From an uncultured Gemmatimonadales bacterium (GTDB taxonomy: Bacteria; Gemmatimonadota; Gemmatimonadetes; Gemmatimonadales; Gemmatimonadaceae), in NCBI GenBank assembly GCA_963701965.1, contig OY969695.1, positions 3,424,001 to 3,488,000 on the forward strand: a stretch of 64,000 nt of DNA, written 5' to 3'. The position numbers and the translations under genes are program-made. Shown piece by piece: positions 46,194-55,750 of this stretch; the stretch's first letter is position 1; every line of letters begins with the position of its first letter. Below the pieces are notes generated by a model. It saw only the letters and a program-made list of their open reading frames with translations. It did not search any database and had not been told where the DNA came from.

Positions 46194-47898
46194 CACGGTA
46201 ACGATCCAAGGAGCCGGTGTCATCGCGGACGCTTTCGTCCGCCATGGCATCGCGGAGGTTTTCGTCTATCCCGGCGGCACCATCGGCCCAATCCTCGATC
46301 TCATGGAGGGTTTGGGGATCTCGGTCTTTTGCTCGCGCCACGAGCAGGGCGCGGGCTACGCCGCCCTGGCCGTGGCCCGACTGTCGGGACGGCCGCAGGT
46401 CGTGATGGTCACCTCCGGCCCGGGCGTGACGAATCTGGTGACACCGATCGCCGACGCCTATTTCGACTCCGTGCCGCTGGTCATCCTCACGGGACAGGTC
46501 GGCACCACGGACATGCGCGGCAGGCTCCCGGTCCGGCAACGCGGATTTCAGGAAGTCGACACCGTCGCGCTGCTCAAGCCGATCACGAAGGCGCAATTTC
46601 TCCCGCTGACGCCGGACGACGTCCCGGGCGCGATCGAGCGCGCGTTCGCGATCGCCGCCGACGGCCGTCCGGGCCCCGTCGTCGTCGATCTCCCAATGAA
46701 CGTGCAGCGCGGTGACTTGTCGGCCGCGCCGCTCAGCATCGTGCCCCAACTCCCGCTCACGCCCGAACCATCCGCCGTGTCGATGGCCCAAGCCGCGGCC
46801 TGGCTCTCGTGCGCCGAGCGGCCGCTCATCGTCGCCGGGCACGGGGTGCTGTTGGCGAATGCCCACGCGGCGCTGCGGCGGATCGCCGACGGTGGCCGCA
46901 TTCCCGTCACCCAGAGCCTTCTCGGTCTGGGCGCCTTCCCGACCGATCATCCCCTGGCGCTGGGCTTTCACGGCCACACGGGCAACCAGGTCGCCGGTCT
47001 GGCCATTCAGCACGCCGACGTCGTGCTCGTCGTGGGCTCTCGCCTCGACGTCCGGCAGACAGGCACGCGCCCCGATGCCTTCGCGCCGGCCGCCCGCATC
47101 ATCCGCATCGATCTCGACGAGGCCGAGCTGACCCACTCGCGCGTTGCCGCGCATTTGACGGTCCGCGCCAATGCCCACGCCGCCCTGTCGACCCTGGCCG
47201 ATCTCATCGCCCCCCGCGACTACGCCGTGCAGCGGCGCCCCTGGTTGACGCAGATCGCCGAATGGCGGCGCGAACACCGGCTGACGTATGTGACCGGCGG
47301 CCCGCTCAAGCCGCAGCGCGTGATCGAGACGCTCGACCAGTTGACCGCGGGCGAGCCCGTGATCTGCGTCTCGGGCGTGGGGTCGCATCAACAATGGACG
47401 GCCCGGCATTTCACGTTCGATTATCCCACGCGCATCTGGCTCACCTCCGGCGGCCATGGCGCCATGGGCTTTGATCTCCCCGCGGCGATCGGCGCCCAGC
47501 GCCACGCGCCGTCATCGCTCGTGGTGTGCTGCGTGGGCGACGGCTCGTTCCAGATGAACCTGCAGGAGCTGGCGACGCTCGTCGCTTACGAGCTGCCGGT
47601 CAAGGTCATCGTGCTCGATAACCACCGCCTCGGCATCGTCTCCCAGTTCCAGAAGCTCAACTGGCAGCGCGATCCGGCCTGCGGCGACAAGTGGAATCCC
47701 GACTTCGCGGCTATTGCCCGGGGATACGGGCTCATGGCCCACACCGTCGAGCACAGCGCCGACCTCGAGGCCGGTCTGCGCCGGGTCCTCGCGGTGCGCG
47801 GTCCCGCTCTGCTCCATTGTCTCGTCGATCCCAACGAAGATGTGAGTCCCATGCTCCTCGGCGGGCAGACGCTCGACCAGATGTGGACCCGTGCGTAA
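46186..47898 (+). CDS. Thiamine-diphosphate-dependent enzyme (acetolactate synthase large subunit-like)
   Basis: YPGG, RHEQGAG, TSGPG, GRPGPV, GDGSFQMN...LDN. Confidence 0.9.
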   Translation: MADTVTIQGAGVIADAFVRHGIAEVFVYPGGTIGPILDLMEGLGISVFCSRHEQGAGYAALAVARLSGRPQVVMVTSGPGVTNLVTPIADAYFDSVPLVILTGQVGTTDMRGRLPVRQRGFQEVDTVALLKPITKAQFLPLTPDDVPGAIERAFAIAADGRPGPVVVDLPMNVQRGDLSAAPLSIVPQLPLTPEPSAVSMAQAAAWLSCAERPLIVAGHGVLLANAHAALRRIADGGRIPVTQSLLGLGAFPTDHPLALGFHGHTGNQVAGLAIQHADVVLVVGSRLDVRQTGTRPDAFAPAARIIRIDLDEAELTHSRVAAHLTVRANAHAALSTLADLIAPRDYAVQRRPWLTQIAEWRREHRLTYVTGGPLKPQRVIETLDQLTAGEPVICVSGVGSHQQWTARHFTFDYPTRIWLTSGGHGAMGFDLPAAIGAQRHAPSSLVVCCVGDGSFQMNLQELATLVAYELPVKVIVLDNHRLGIVSQFQKLNWQRDPACGDKWNPDFAAIARGYGLMAHTVEHSADLEAGLRRVLAVRGPALLHCLVDPNEDVSPMLLGGQTLDQMWTRA

Positions 47899-49126
47899 GA
47901 CGGTCCTGATCGTGAGCGGCGGCGCCGAGGCCGTGCCCGGCATCCGCCGCGCGCGCGAGCTTGGGTTGCACGTGGTCGTCGCCGACCACGATCCCGCGGC
48001 ACCGGGCATGGCGCTGGCCGACGATCAACTGGTCATCAGCACGTATGACGCTCGAGGGATGGCGGAGGCGGCAGCGCGTTTCGCGCGCGCCGTACGGCGC
48101 ATCGACGGTGTGCTGTCCATCGCCGCCAATGTGCCGCTGACCGTCGCGACGGTCGCCGAGCGGCTGGGGCTCCCGGGGCCCTCGATCGAGACGGCAAGGC
48201 TGGCATCCGATAAGCTGGCTATGAAAGAGCGCTTTGCGTCCGCCGGGGTGCCCATTCCGTGGTACCAGGCAGTCGAGAGCGCGACGGCGCTCGCGGCAAT
48301 CGCGCGTCAGCGAGGGTTGCCATTGGTGATCAAGCCGGTCGACAGCCGGGGAGCGCGCGGCGTGCTGCGGTTGACGCCAGCGGTCGACTTGGGCTGGGCT
48401 TTCGATCATTCCCGGTCGGCATCGCCGACGGGCCGGGTGATGGTCGAGGAATACCTGCCAGGTCCGCAGTACAGCACGGAGTCCGTGCTCCTCGCGTCGG
48501 GCGCCTGGATGCCCGGACTGGCCGAACGCAACTACGAGCGCCTCGAGCGCTTCGCGCCGTTCATCATCGAAGACGGCGGTCAACAGCCACCGGATCTGTC
48601 GCCGGTCGACCGGCAGGCGCTCGCCGATCTTACCGAGGCCGCGGGGCGGGCCCTGGGCGTGACGCAGGGCATCGTCAAAGGCGATCTCGTCATCACACCG
48701 GATGGCCCGCGCGTCATCGAAGTCGCCGTCCGACTCTCGGGCGGATGGTTCTCCACGGATCAGGTCCCGCTGGCCACGGGCGTCGATCTCGTCGGGGCCG
48801 CGATCAAAATGGCCGTGGGCGAGCCGCTCGATCCCGCGACGCTCGTGCCCCAACGCCGCCAGGGCGTGGCGATCCGCTACTTCTTTCCGCGGGCGGGACG
48901 GGTCGAGTCGATCGAGGATGAGGGCCGCTTCCGGAACGTGCCGGGGATCAACCGGATCGGGTTCTTCGTCCGCGCCGGCGACCGGATCGGGACGCCGACC
49001 AACCACACGCAGCGCGCCGGATTCGTCATCGCCACGGGCGCCACGTGCGCCGAGGCGGTCGGCCGCGCCGAATCGGTGGCCCGCGACATTCGCATCGCGA
49101 CGGTCGAGACCGGAGCCGACGCGTGA
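47891..49126 (+). CDS. ATP-grasp domain ligase
   Basis: DKLAMK, VIKPVDSRGARGV, VEEYLPG, IEVAVRLSGG. Confidence 0.85.
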   Translation: MRKTVLIVSGGAEAVPGIRRARELGLHVVVADHDPAAPGMALADDQLVISTYDARGMAEAAARFARAVRRIDGVLSIAANVPLTVATVAERLGLPGPSIETARLASDKLAMKERFASAGVPIPWYQAVESATALAAIARQRGLPLVIKPVDSRGARGVLRLTPAVDLGWAFDHSRSASPTGRVMVEEYLPGPQYSTESVLLASGAWMPGLAERNYERLERFAPFIIEDGGQQPPDLSPVDRQALADLTEAAGRALGVTQGIVKGDLVITPDGPRVIEVAVRLSGGWFSTDQVPLATGVDLVGAAIKMAVGEPLDPATLVPQRRQGVAIRYFFPRAGRVESIEDEGRFRNVPGINRIGFFVRAGDRIGTPTNHTQRAGFVIATGATCAEAVGRAESVARDIRIATVETGADA

Positions 49127-51081
49127 CGCTGCACTGCTTCGCCGTCTTTCACCTCAATCTCGCGTTCTCGTCCATCGAGGAAGAACAGCGTCCGACGGTG
49201 ATGGACCGGTGCTACTGGCCGCTGCTCGATCTCGTGCGCCAGCATCGCGTCCCGATCGGGATCGAGGCGCCCGGCTCCACGTTGGAGATGGCCGAGGCGA
49301 TCGATCCGGAGTGGGTCAATGTGCTGCGCGCCCTGGTGCGGAATGGGCAGGTCGAGTTCATCGGCAGCGGATATGCGCAGCTCATCGGACCGCTGGTACC
49401 GGCCGACGTGGTGCGCGCCAACCTGCGCCTTGGGCACGCCGTGTACGAACGATTGCTCGGCGTCCGTCCGACGGTCGCCCTGGTGCACGAGCAGGCCTGG
49501 TCGGCCTCGCTGGTCTCGCATTACCGCGACGCCGGATACGGCGCCGTCATCATGGAGTGGGAGAATCCTCGCGCGACGCACGAGGAGTGGCCGGCCGAAT
49601 GGCGCTACCATCCCCAGCGCGCGCTCGGGACCGACGGCGCATCGATTCCGGTGCTGTGGAATCACTCCATCGCGTTCCAGAAGCTGCAGCGCTACGCCCA
49701 CGGCGAGATCGAGACCGAGGAGTATCTCGAGTATCTGCGCGGCCACTATGGCGCCGGCGATCGGGTACTGGCGATCTACGGCAGCGACGCCGAGGTGTTC
49801 GACTACCGGCCGGGCCGCTATCGCACCGAGGCCGCGCTGAGCGCGCTGGGCGAGTGGCAGCGGTTGAACGCCCTCTTCACTGTGCTGGGCGCCGAGCCCG
49901 GTCTGGCGCCGATCACGCCGAGCGCGGCGCTCGGGCTGATCAATGGTCCGGATGCCGGCCATGATGTGCGGCTGGAAACCGCCCGGCACCCGGTACCGGT
50001 CAAGAAGCAGCCCAAGTATGACCTCGCGCGCTGGGCCGTCACGGGTCGCGATGATCTCGGCATCAACACGGCGTGTTGGCGTATCGCCGAGGCGCTGATC
50101 GCCCGCGGTGGGGACGACAGCGAGTGGCGGGAGTTGTGCTATCTGTGGAGCAGCGACTTTCGCACGCATATCACGGCGTCCCGTTGGGACGCCTATATCG
50201 CGCGTCTCGCTGCGCTCGACGCGCGTCATCGTCGGCCCAGGGTACTCCGGTCGGCGCAGCCGTTGCCGGCCGAGGTCACCGTGCGCCGCGAAGGCCGGTA
50301 CCTGACCGTCGACACTGAAACCGTTGGCGTGCGGCTCAACTGCCGGCGCGGCCTGGCCATCGACGCGCTGACGTTTCCCCATCTCTCGCCGCTGGCGCTG
50401 TGCGGCAGTGTGCCGCACGGCTACTTCGACCGCATCGATTGGAGCGCCGACCAGTACACGGGGTTTCTGGTCCTCGCGGCCGCCGGTCAACACCAGGTCA
50501 CGGATCTCGAGCCGGCCGAGCCCGTGGTGACGTGGGATGAGGCGACCGACCGCGTCATCGTGAGCGCGTGTGTCGGGACGCCGTTGGGCCGGATCGAAAA
50601 GACAATCGCGGTGGGCCGTGCCGACGCGCGGGTGGAAGTGCGCTACCGGCTCGACTGGCCGGAGATTCCGCTGGGGACACTGCGGCTGGGGCACGTCACG
50701 CTCATCCCGACGTCATTCGATGCCGGCTCTCTGTTCTATGCGACGCACAACGGCGGCACGACGCTGGAGCGCTTCGCGCTCGACGGCGAAGTCGATCATG
50801 TGCAGCCCGTGTCCCACCTCGTCTCGTGTCGAGGGGGCGTGGGTGCGACCGGCGGTGTCATCCTACTGGGTGACGCTCAGAGGGCCGTTCAGATAGAGAT
50901 CGACCGGCAGGCGGCGGCGTTGTTTCCCCTGATCACGATGCATCGCATCGGCGACCGCTATCTGTGCCGGGTGACGCTCTCGGCCCGGGAGTTGGATGAC
51001 ACCAGCCGACTGGGCCGGAGTCGTTTCGTCGACGAGCTGGCCTTCGCGATCTCAGGCCGCGAGCGCGCGGCGGCCCTCTAA
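49123..51081 (+). CDS. GH57-like / polysaccharide deacetylase-fold protein
   Basis: FHLNLAFS, CYWPLL, GSTLE, EFIGSGYAQLIGPL pattern of the GH57 N-terminal barrel. Confidence 0.65.
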   Translation: MTLHCFAVFHLNLAFSSIEEEQRPTVMDRCYWPLLDLVRQHRVPIGIEAPGSTLEMAEAIDPEWVNVLRALVRNGQVEFIGSGYAQLIGPLVPADVVRANLRLGHAVYERLLGVRPTVALVHEQAWSASLVSHYRDAGYGAVIMEWENPRATHEEWPAEWRYHPQRALGTDGASIPVLWNHSIAFQKLQRYAHGEIETEEYLEYLRGHYGAGDRVLAIYGSDAEVFDYRPGRYRTEAALSALGEWQRLNALFTVLGAEPGLAPITPSAALGLINGPDAGHDVRLETARHPVPVKKQPKYDLARWAVTGRDDLGINTACWRIAEALIARGGDDSEWRELCYLWSSDFRTHITASRWDAYIARLAALDARHRRPRVLRSAQPLPAEVTVRREGRYLTVDTETVGVRLNCRRGLAIDALTFPHLSPLALCGSVPHGYFDRIDWSADQYTGFLVLAAAGQHQVTDLEPAEPVVTWDEATDRVIVSACVGTPLGRIEKTIAVGRADARVEVRYRLDWPEIPLGTLRLGHVTLIPTSFDAGSLFYATHNGGTTLERFALDGEVDHVQPVSHLVSCRGGVGATGGVILLGDAQRAVQIEIDRQAAALFPLITMHRIGDRYLCRVTLSARELDDTSRLGRSRFVDELAFAISGRERAAAL

Positions 51082-52027
51082 CCACTCCGCGAACCGCGCC
51101 AGTCCCGCGGTCAGCGTCGTGGCCGGCCGGTAGCCCAGGAGTCGCCCGGCTTTCTCAATGTTGGCCCAAGTCGCGGGGACATCGCCGGGTTGCATCGGCA
51201 GATGTTCGATCGCGGCCGGGCGTCCGAGGGCGTCCTCGATCCCGGTCAGGAGCTCCCGCATCGAGACCGGCTGGTCGTTCCCCAGGTTCATGATCTCGAA
51301 CGGGGTCGCCCGATAGTCGAGCGCCGCCCGAATGCCGGCGACAATGTCATCGACGTACGTGTAGTCGCGCATGGTGGCGCCGTCGCCGAACACCGGCAGG
51401 CGCTCACCGCGCAGGACCTTCGACGCGAACCGGTGAATCGCCAGATCCGGCCGCTGGCGCGGGCCGTAGACCGTGAAGAGGCGGAGCGCCAGGAATCGCA
51501 TGCCGTGCCGCGCGGCGTACTCCCGTCCCAGGTCCTCGCCCAACAGCTTCGTGAGCGCGTATGGGCTGATGGGCTGCAATGCCGCATCCTCGTTCCACGG
51601 CGTATGCGGATTCACGCCATAGACACTGCTCGACGATGCGAAGACGAACTGGGGGATGCCCCGCTCGCGCGCCAGCTCCAGCAGATTGTAGGTGCCGTTC
51701 ACGTTGACATCGTGATACAGCGCCGGGTGTTCGAGCGACGGACGGACCCCGGCCCGCGCCGCCAGAATGCACCACGGCGTCGTAGTCGCCGCGGAGCCGC
51801 GCCCGCAGGGTGGGGAGCGTCCGGATGTCCGACTGGACGAGCGTGTAGCCGCGATAGGCCCCGTGTCGCGCCACCTGCTGGCGCTTGAACGCCGGCGGAG
51901 AGAAGTCGTTGAAGTCGTCGACGACCGTGACGCGCCATCCCTCGGCCAGCAGCGCGTCGGTCACGTGGCTGCCGATGAATCCCGCGCCGCCGGTGACGAG
52001 TGCGTGCCGCGTCATGTGAGAGCTCAT
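51052..52027 (-). CDS. NAD-dependent epimerase/dehydratase (UDP-glucuronate 4-epimerase-like), +1 frameshift at ~51765
   Basis: TGGAGFIG, then after one-base removal VVHLAARAGVRPS, ASSSSVYG, YALTK, FTVYGPRQRPDLA. Confidence 0.87.
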
Positions 52028-53421
52028 GTGAGGGCCGCCAGCTCGCCGGCGACGCGCGTCAAGAGCGCGCTCCAGTCATGGCGGGGCTCGGCGCCCATGA
52101 TGCGCATCGTCGGATACCACGGCCGCCGCCCGGTGTTGAACGACGTCCAGTCACCCTGGGGGCTCGGCAGGAGCCGCCACGCCGGCACGCCGAGGGCGCC
52201 GCTCAGCTCCCCGACGGCGTTGCCGACGGTGATGACCAGGTCCAGGTTCGCGATCAACGCCGCCATGCCGTCGAAGTCATCGCGCCGGTCGAGATCCGGG
52301 AACTCGTGAATGTGGACGCCGAACCGGTCCCGCGCGGTCGCCAGAGCGAGCGAGCAGTCGTCGTACTGCAGGTTGATGAACTGCGCGCCGGGCGTCTGCA
52401 GCACCGGACCCCACCGGTCGAGCGTCGAGTAGGAACGGGCCCGCTCGGCGGTCATGAGCCCGCTGCGCCAGCTGATCCCCACCTTGAGCCCGGGGCCGAG
52501 CGCGGCGACGCGCGCGTGCCACTGCCGCACGCGCTCCGCGTCGGGAACGAGATACCCTGAGTGCGTGGGGAAGCTCTCGACCGTGGGCCTAAGCCAACGC
52601 GGCAGATCACCGATCGCCGACTGGTAGTCCGCCGCGAGCGGTTCGGCGGGCGGTTCGACCCGGGCCGAGTTGATGACGTCGGCCTGGGGGAACGATCGGG
52701 TAAAGAGCGAGACGAGTCGCGACGTGCAGGCGAACGTCACTTTGCCGGCGCGGGCGATGAGATCGGGCAGGCAGTTGGCGAACATGATCTCGTCTCCCAC
52801 GCCCTGCTCGCGCCACACCAACACGTGCTGGCCCGTGATGTCCTCGCCCGACCACTGCGGGTAGGGGAGTGGATAGCGCCACTTCGCGTACCGCGTATGT
52901 TGCCAGCGGTAGGCGTAGCCTTCCCAGCCCGCCTGGAGATCGCCCGCGCACAACTCGTGGAGGGCCAGATCCCAACGCGCTTCGTTCTGCTCAGGCTTGA
53001 GCGCGACATAGCGCCGTCCGGCCGCGACGCGCTCGTCGAGCAACTCCAGGTCGTCCGTGATCCTCCACAGCGCCGACGCCGCATCCACCGAGTCCGGCGC
53101 GTAGCGCACGGCGTCCCGGAAAAATTCCCGGGCCGCCGGCAAATCGCCCGCCATGGCGCGCAACTGCCCCAGTGCGAGATGCGCGCCGGATAACGTGCGA
53201 TCCAGCGCGAGGGCGCGCCGGAGCGAAGCGACGGCGTCGTCGTGTTGGTTGAGGCTCGCCAGCGCGAGTCCCAGCGCCAGGTGACCTGCCGCGAGCCGCG
53301 GCGTCTCCGCCAGCCCGCGCCGGTAGGCGACGACCGCGGCATCCAGGTTCCCGGACCGGTGCAGTTCCGCGGCCGATTCCAGCGAGCGAACGGCGCGCTG
53401 GATCTTGGCGGTGGCCGTCAC
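52024..53421 (-). CDS. Second TPR + GT-B glycosyltransferase (FlmG-like)
   Basis: TPRs then GWEGYAYRW, WREQGVGDEIMFA, GISWRSG, FINLQYD; paralogue of 37598..39814. Confidence 0.8.
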   Translation of the reverse strand: MTATAKIQRAVRSLESAAELHRSGNLDAAVVAYRRGLAETPRLAAGHLALGLALASLNQHDDAVASLRRALALDRTLSGAHLALGQLRAMAGDLPAAREFFRDAVRYAPDSVDAASALWRITDDLELLDERVAAGRRYVALKPEQNEARWDLALHELCAGDLQAGWEGYAYRWQHTRYAKWRYPLPYPQWSGEDITGQHVLVWREQGVGDEIMFANCLPDLIARAGKVTFACTSRLVSLFTRSFPQADVINSARVEPPAEPLAADYQSAIGDLPRWLRPTVESFPTHSGYLVPDAERVRQWHARVAALGPGLKVGISWRSGLMTAERARSYSTLDRWGPVLQTPGAQFINLQYDDCSLALATARDRFGVHIHEFPDLDRRDDFDGMAALIANLDLVITVGNAVGELSGALGVPAWRLLPSPQGDWTSFNTGRRPWYPTMRIMGAEPRHDWSALLTRVAGELAALT

Positions 53422-53927
53422 GCGTGCACCGGCGCCGCGACCACTTCCAGCGTCGGATCCAGTGCGATGGCCCGTGCGCGGCAGCGGGCCGCCTCCGTCG
53501 GATCTCCCCCAATCTCGCACAGGTGCGCGAGGTTGAGCCATGCCAGCGCGTTCGTGGGATCGATCTCGATCGCGGTCGTGTAGCAGCGTGCCGCGTCGGC
53601 CGGGCGTCCCAGGGCGACCATGACCCGTCCCAGATTGCTATGGTACGCCGGGACCCGGTGTTGGCGCGCGATCGCTTGGCCGATCCAGTCGGCGGCCAGG
53701 GCGTGTTGCCCCAGCTGGCTGGCGGCGACCCCGGCCAAATGCATGGCACCGGGGTCGCTTTCGTCGACAGCCAGTCCCCTCATGTACAACACTGCTGCCT
53801 CTATGTACCGCCCCGCGACGTGGTGCGCGTAGCCGTCCCGAATGTATGTCCGGACCCGAGCGGCATCCGAGGCGGAGAGCGCTGGTGAAGCGTCCCAGTC
53901 CCGCATCGGGGCGAAGTCGAACATCAT
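53418..53927 (-). CDS. Stand-alone TPR protein
   Basis: 169 aa of TPR-like helices (YHSNLGRV, AWLNLAHL). Confidence 0.75.
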   Translation of the reverse strand: MMFDFAPMRDWDASPALSASDAARVRTYIRDGYAHHVAGRYIEAAVLYMRGLAVDESDPGAMHLAGVAASQLGQHALAADWIGQAIARQHRVPAYHSNLGRVMVALGRPADAARCYTTAIEIDPTNALAWLNLAHLCEIGGDPTEAARCRARAIALDPTLEVVAAPVHA

Positions 53928-53943
53928 GTGCTCTTACTCTTCT

Positions 53944-53979
53944 CAACGGAGGGGGAGCTCGTCGCTCCCCCGTCCGTTG
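53944..53979 (-). terminator. Strong hairpin just after the flagellin stop (terminator or mRNA-stabilising stem)
   Basis: CAACGGA-GGGGGAGC / GCTCCCCC-GTCCGTTG; no U-tract on the flagellin strand. Confidence 0.55.
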
Positions 53980-53985
53980 TTTGGG

Positions 53986-54855
53986 TCAGAGACCAAAAAG
54001 ATGGAGGACGCTCGCGTTCGCCTGACTAGCCAAGCTCAGAGACTCGATACCGAGGCTCTGGCGAGTCTGGAGGGCCAACATGTTCGCGCCTTCCTGGTTC
54101 GGATCGGCCAGGGTGAGGTTATCCGCGCCCTGGTTCAGGGTGTTGACCGTGCTCGACGCGAACTGCTGACGGATCGTGACCACGCCGAGGTTCGCGGCGA
54201 GGGTCTGCGTCTGCGTCTGGAGGCTGGACAGCGCCGAGGTCAACTGGTTCGCGTGCGTGTCGAGGATGTTCTGGAAGCTCGCATTGCCCCAGCTGTGGGC
54301 GCCGGTCGCACCTGCCGACACGATACCCAGACCGGTGGCCGTCGACGCCGCGAAGGTCGTGCGCCCGCCGGCCAGCGCCGAGAAGCCTTGCAGCTTCAGC
54401 GAGCTGGTGTTGTTCTCGTTGAACACGACGGTCAACGACTGGTTCTCGAGCAGGTTGATGCCCTTGTAGTTGGCATCGGCGACTGCCTGGTTCACCTGCG
54501 TGCGAAGCGTGTTGAACTGCGTCTGCAGCGTGTCGCGGCCGGCCGTCGTCGCCGAGCGGGCCGACTGAATGACACCTTGCATCTGCTGGATCAGGGCCGT
54601 GATCGCGGTGATGCCGTTCTGGGCCTGCGTCACCGTCTGCACCGCCTCACCCATGTCGTTCTGCAGACCCTGGAGGTCGTTGGCGCGGTTCCGCTCCGAC
54701 GACGCCGTGAAGAACGAGCTCGGATCGTCGATCGCGCTGTTGACCTTGAACCCAGTGGCCAGATCGTTCTGGGTCTTGTTCATCTGCGTGGTCGTGTTCT
54801 GGAGGCTGAGCAGGTTCTGCTGCATCGAGGCCGACAGAACGATATTCGTCGACAT
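53986..54855 (-). CDS. fliC: Flagellin, short alphaproteobacterial type
   Basis: IVLSASMQQNLLSLQ...LATGFKVNSAIDDPSSFFTA and C-terminal GADNLTLADPNQEGANMLALQTRQSL; 289 aa. Confidence 0.92.
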   Translation of the reverse strand: MSTNIVLSASMQQNLLSLQNTTTQMNKTQNDLATGFKVNSAIDDPSSFFTASSERNRANDLQGLQNDMGEAVQTVTQAQNGITAITALIQQMQGVIQSARSATTAGRDTLQTQFNTLRTQVNQAVADANYKGINLLENQSLTVVFNENNTSSLKLQGFSALAGGRTTFAASTATGLGIVSAGATGAHSWGNASFQNILDTHANQLTSALSSLQTQTQTLAANLGVVTIRQQFASSTVNTLNQGADNLTLADPNQEGANMLALQTRQSLGIESLSLASQANASVLHLFGL

Positions 54856-54867
54856 ACTGTGTGTGCT

Positions 54868-54921
54868 CCCATTCTGGGTTGACTGTCGCCGGGTTCTTCC
54901 GGCGGGGTCCCGATTCTCGGG
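54868..54921 (-). promoter_or_regulatory. Structured flagellin 5' UTR with three AGAA-containing hairpins
   Basis: CCCGA-GAA-TCGGG, CGCCGG-AAGAAC-CCGGCG and CCCA-GAA-TGGG; the last overlaps the GGGAG SD. Confidence 0.6.
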
Positions 54922-54933
54922 GCCTGTAGTTCA

Positions 54934-54961
54934 GTATCGGCCGGCACCGCCGCCGAGTTGA
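54934..54961 (-). promoter_or_regulatory. Sigma28 promoter of flagellin
   Basis: TCAA-N16-GCCGATAC. Confidence 0.75.
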
Positions 54962-54978
54962 GGATGTGCTGCACCGAC

Positions 54979-55006
54979 TCAAGTCTGGACACCGCGCCGC
55001 CGATAC
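54979..55006 (+). promoter_or_regulatory. Sigma28 promoter of the divergent hypothetical gene
   Basis: TCAA-N16-GCCGATAC, 8 nt before ATG 55015. Confidence 0.7.
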
Positions 55007-55014
55007 TGGACAGC

Positions 55015-55749
55015 ATGTCCGTCAGTGTCCTGACTTCCACGATCCAGAACACGTTTGGTGAGACGCGCACCGATGCGCAGTACATCGGGGATCTCAACAA
55101 CCGTCAAACGTATCGGATCGACTTGACCGGGTCGCTCGTCCCGCGCGATAAGGGCGACTACTACAAGTTCCGCGTCACGGCGAACAACACGAACATTCGG
55201 TTGTTCTCATTCGAGCAGACGGCGGGCAGCGGGACCACTGCCGCCAACAGCTCCAGCACGCCGCAGGGCACGGCCGCCAATCCGCTGGACACCGGCAACC
55301 TCACGTCCCTCGTCGACCAGGGACAGTTGCGGTACCAGTTGTATACCCAGACGGGCAAGCTGGTGGCCGATAGCAGCCCGGGGTCGGGGAACCTGTTCCA
55401 TGCCTATCAGAACCTCACCAGCTCGACGAATATGCAGCTGTCGACGGGCACCTACACGATCAAGGTCTCGCCGGGGCCGAACGCGAACCCGCACACCACG
55501 TACGAGTACCTCTTCACGCTGCGGGGCGACGGTTCGCCGATCACCGATACCAGCACCAATGCCACGCGCCGCGCGTTCGACACCACGGCGACGGCCGCTA
55601 GCAACAAGGACACGACGGTGACGCTCGGCAGTGCCGGGAATGCCACCATCCTGAGCACGAATGCGGGTGTGTCGGAGAGCCTGTTCACCACTCTGCAGAA
55701 CAGCGCCAGCGGCCAGACCAGCGGGTCGACGATCAACCTGCTGGCGTAG
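55015..55749 (+). CDS. Flagellar-regulon hypothetical protein, Thr/Ser/Asn-rich, PPC-like beta domain
   Basis: DKGDYYKFRV and LSTGTYTIKV motifs, no signal peptide, flagellin-like composition, own sigma28 promoter. Confidence 0.7.
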   Translation: MSVSVLTSTIQNTFGETRTDAQYIGDLNNRQTYRIDLTGSLVPRDKGDYYKFRVTANNTNIRLFSFEQTAGSGTTAANSSSTPQGTAANPLDTGNLTSLVDQGQLRYQLYTQTGKLVADSSPGSGNLFHAYQNLTSSTNMQLSTGTYTIKVSPGPNANPHTTYEYLFTLRGDGSPITDTSTNATRRAFDTTATAASNKDTTVTLGSAGNATILSTNAGVSESLFTTLQNSASGQTSGSTINLLA

Positions 55750-55750
55750 G

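Noticed and set aside
46186..47898. Housekeeping ilvB for branched-chain amino acid synthesis
   Set aside because: No ilvN/ilvC neighbours; the gene is translationally coupled inside a sugar-modification operon.
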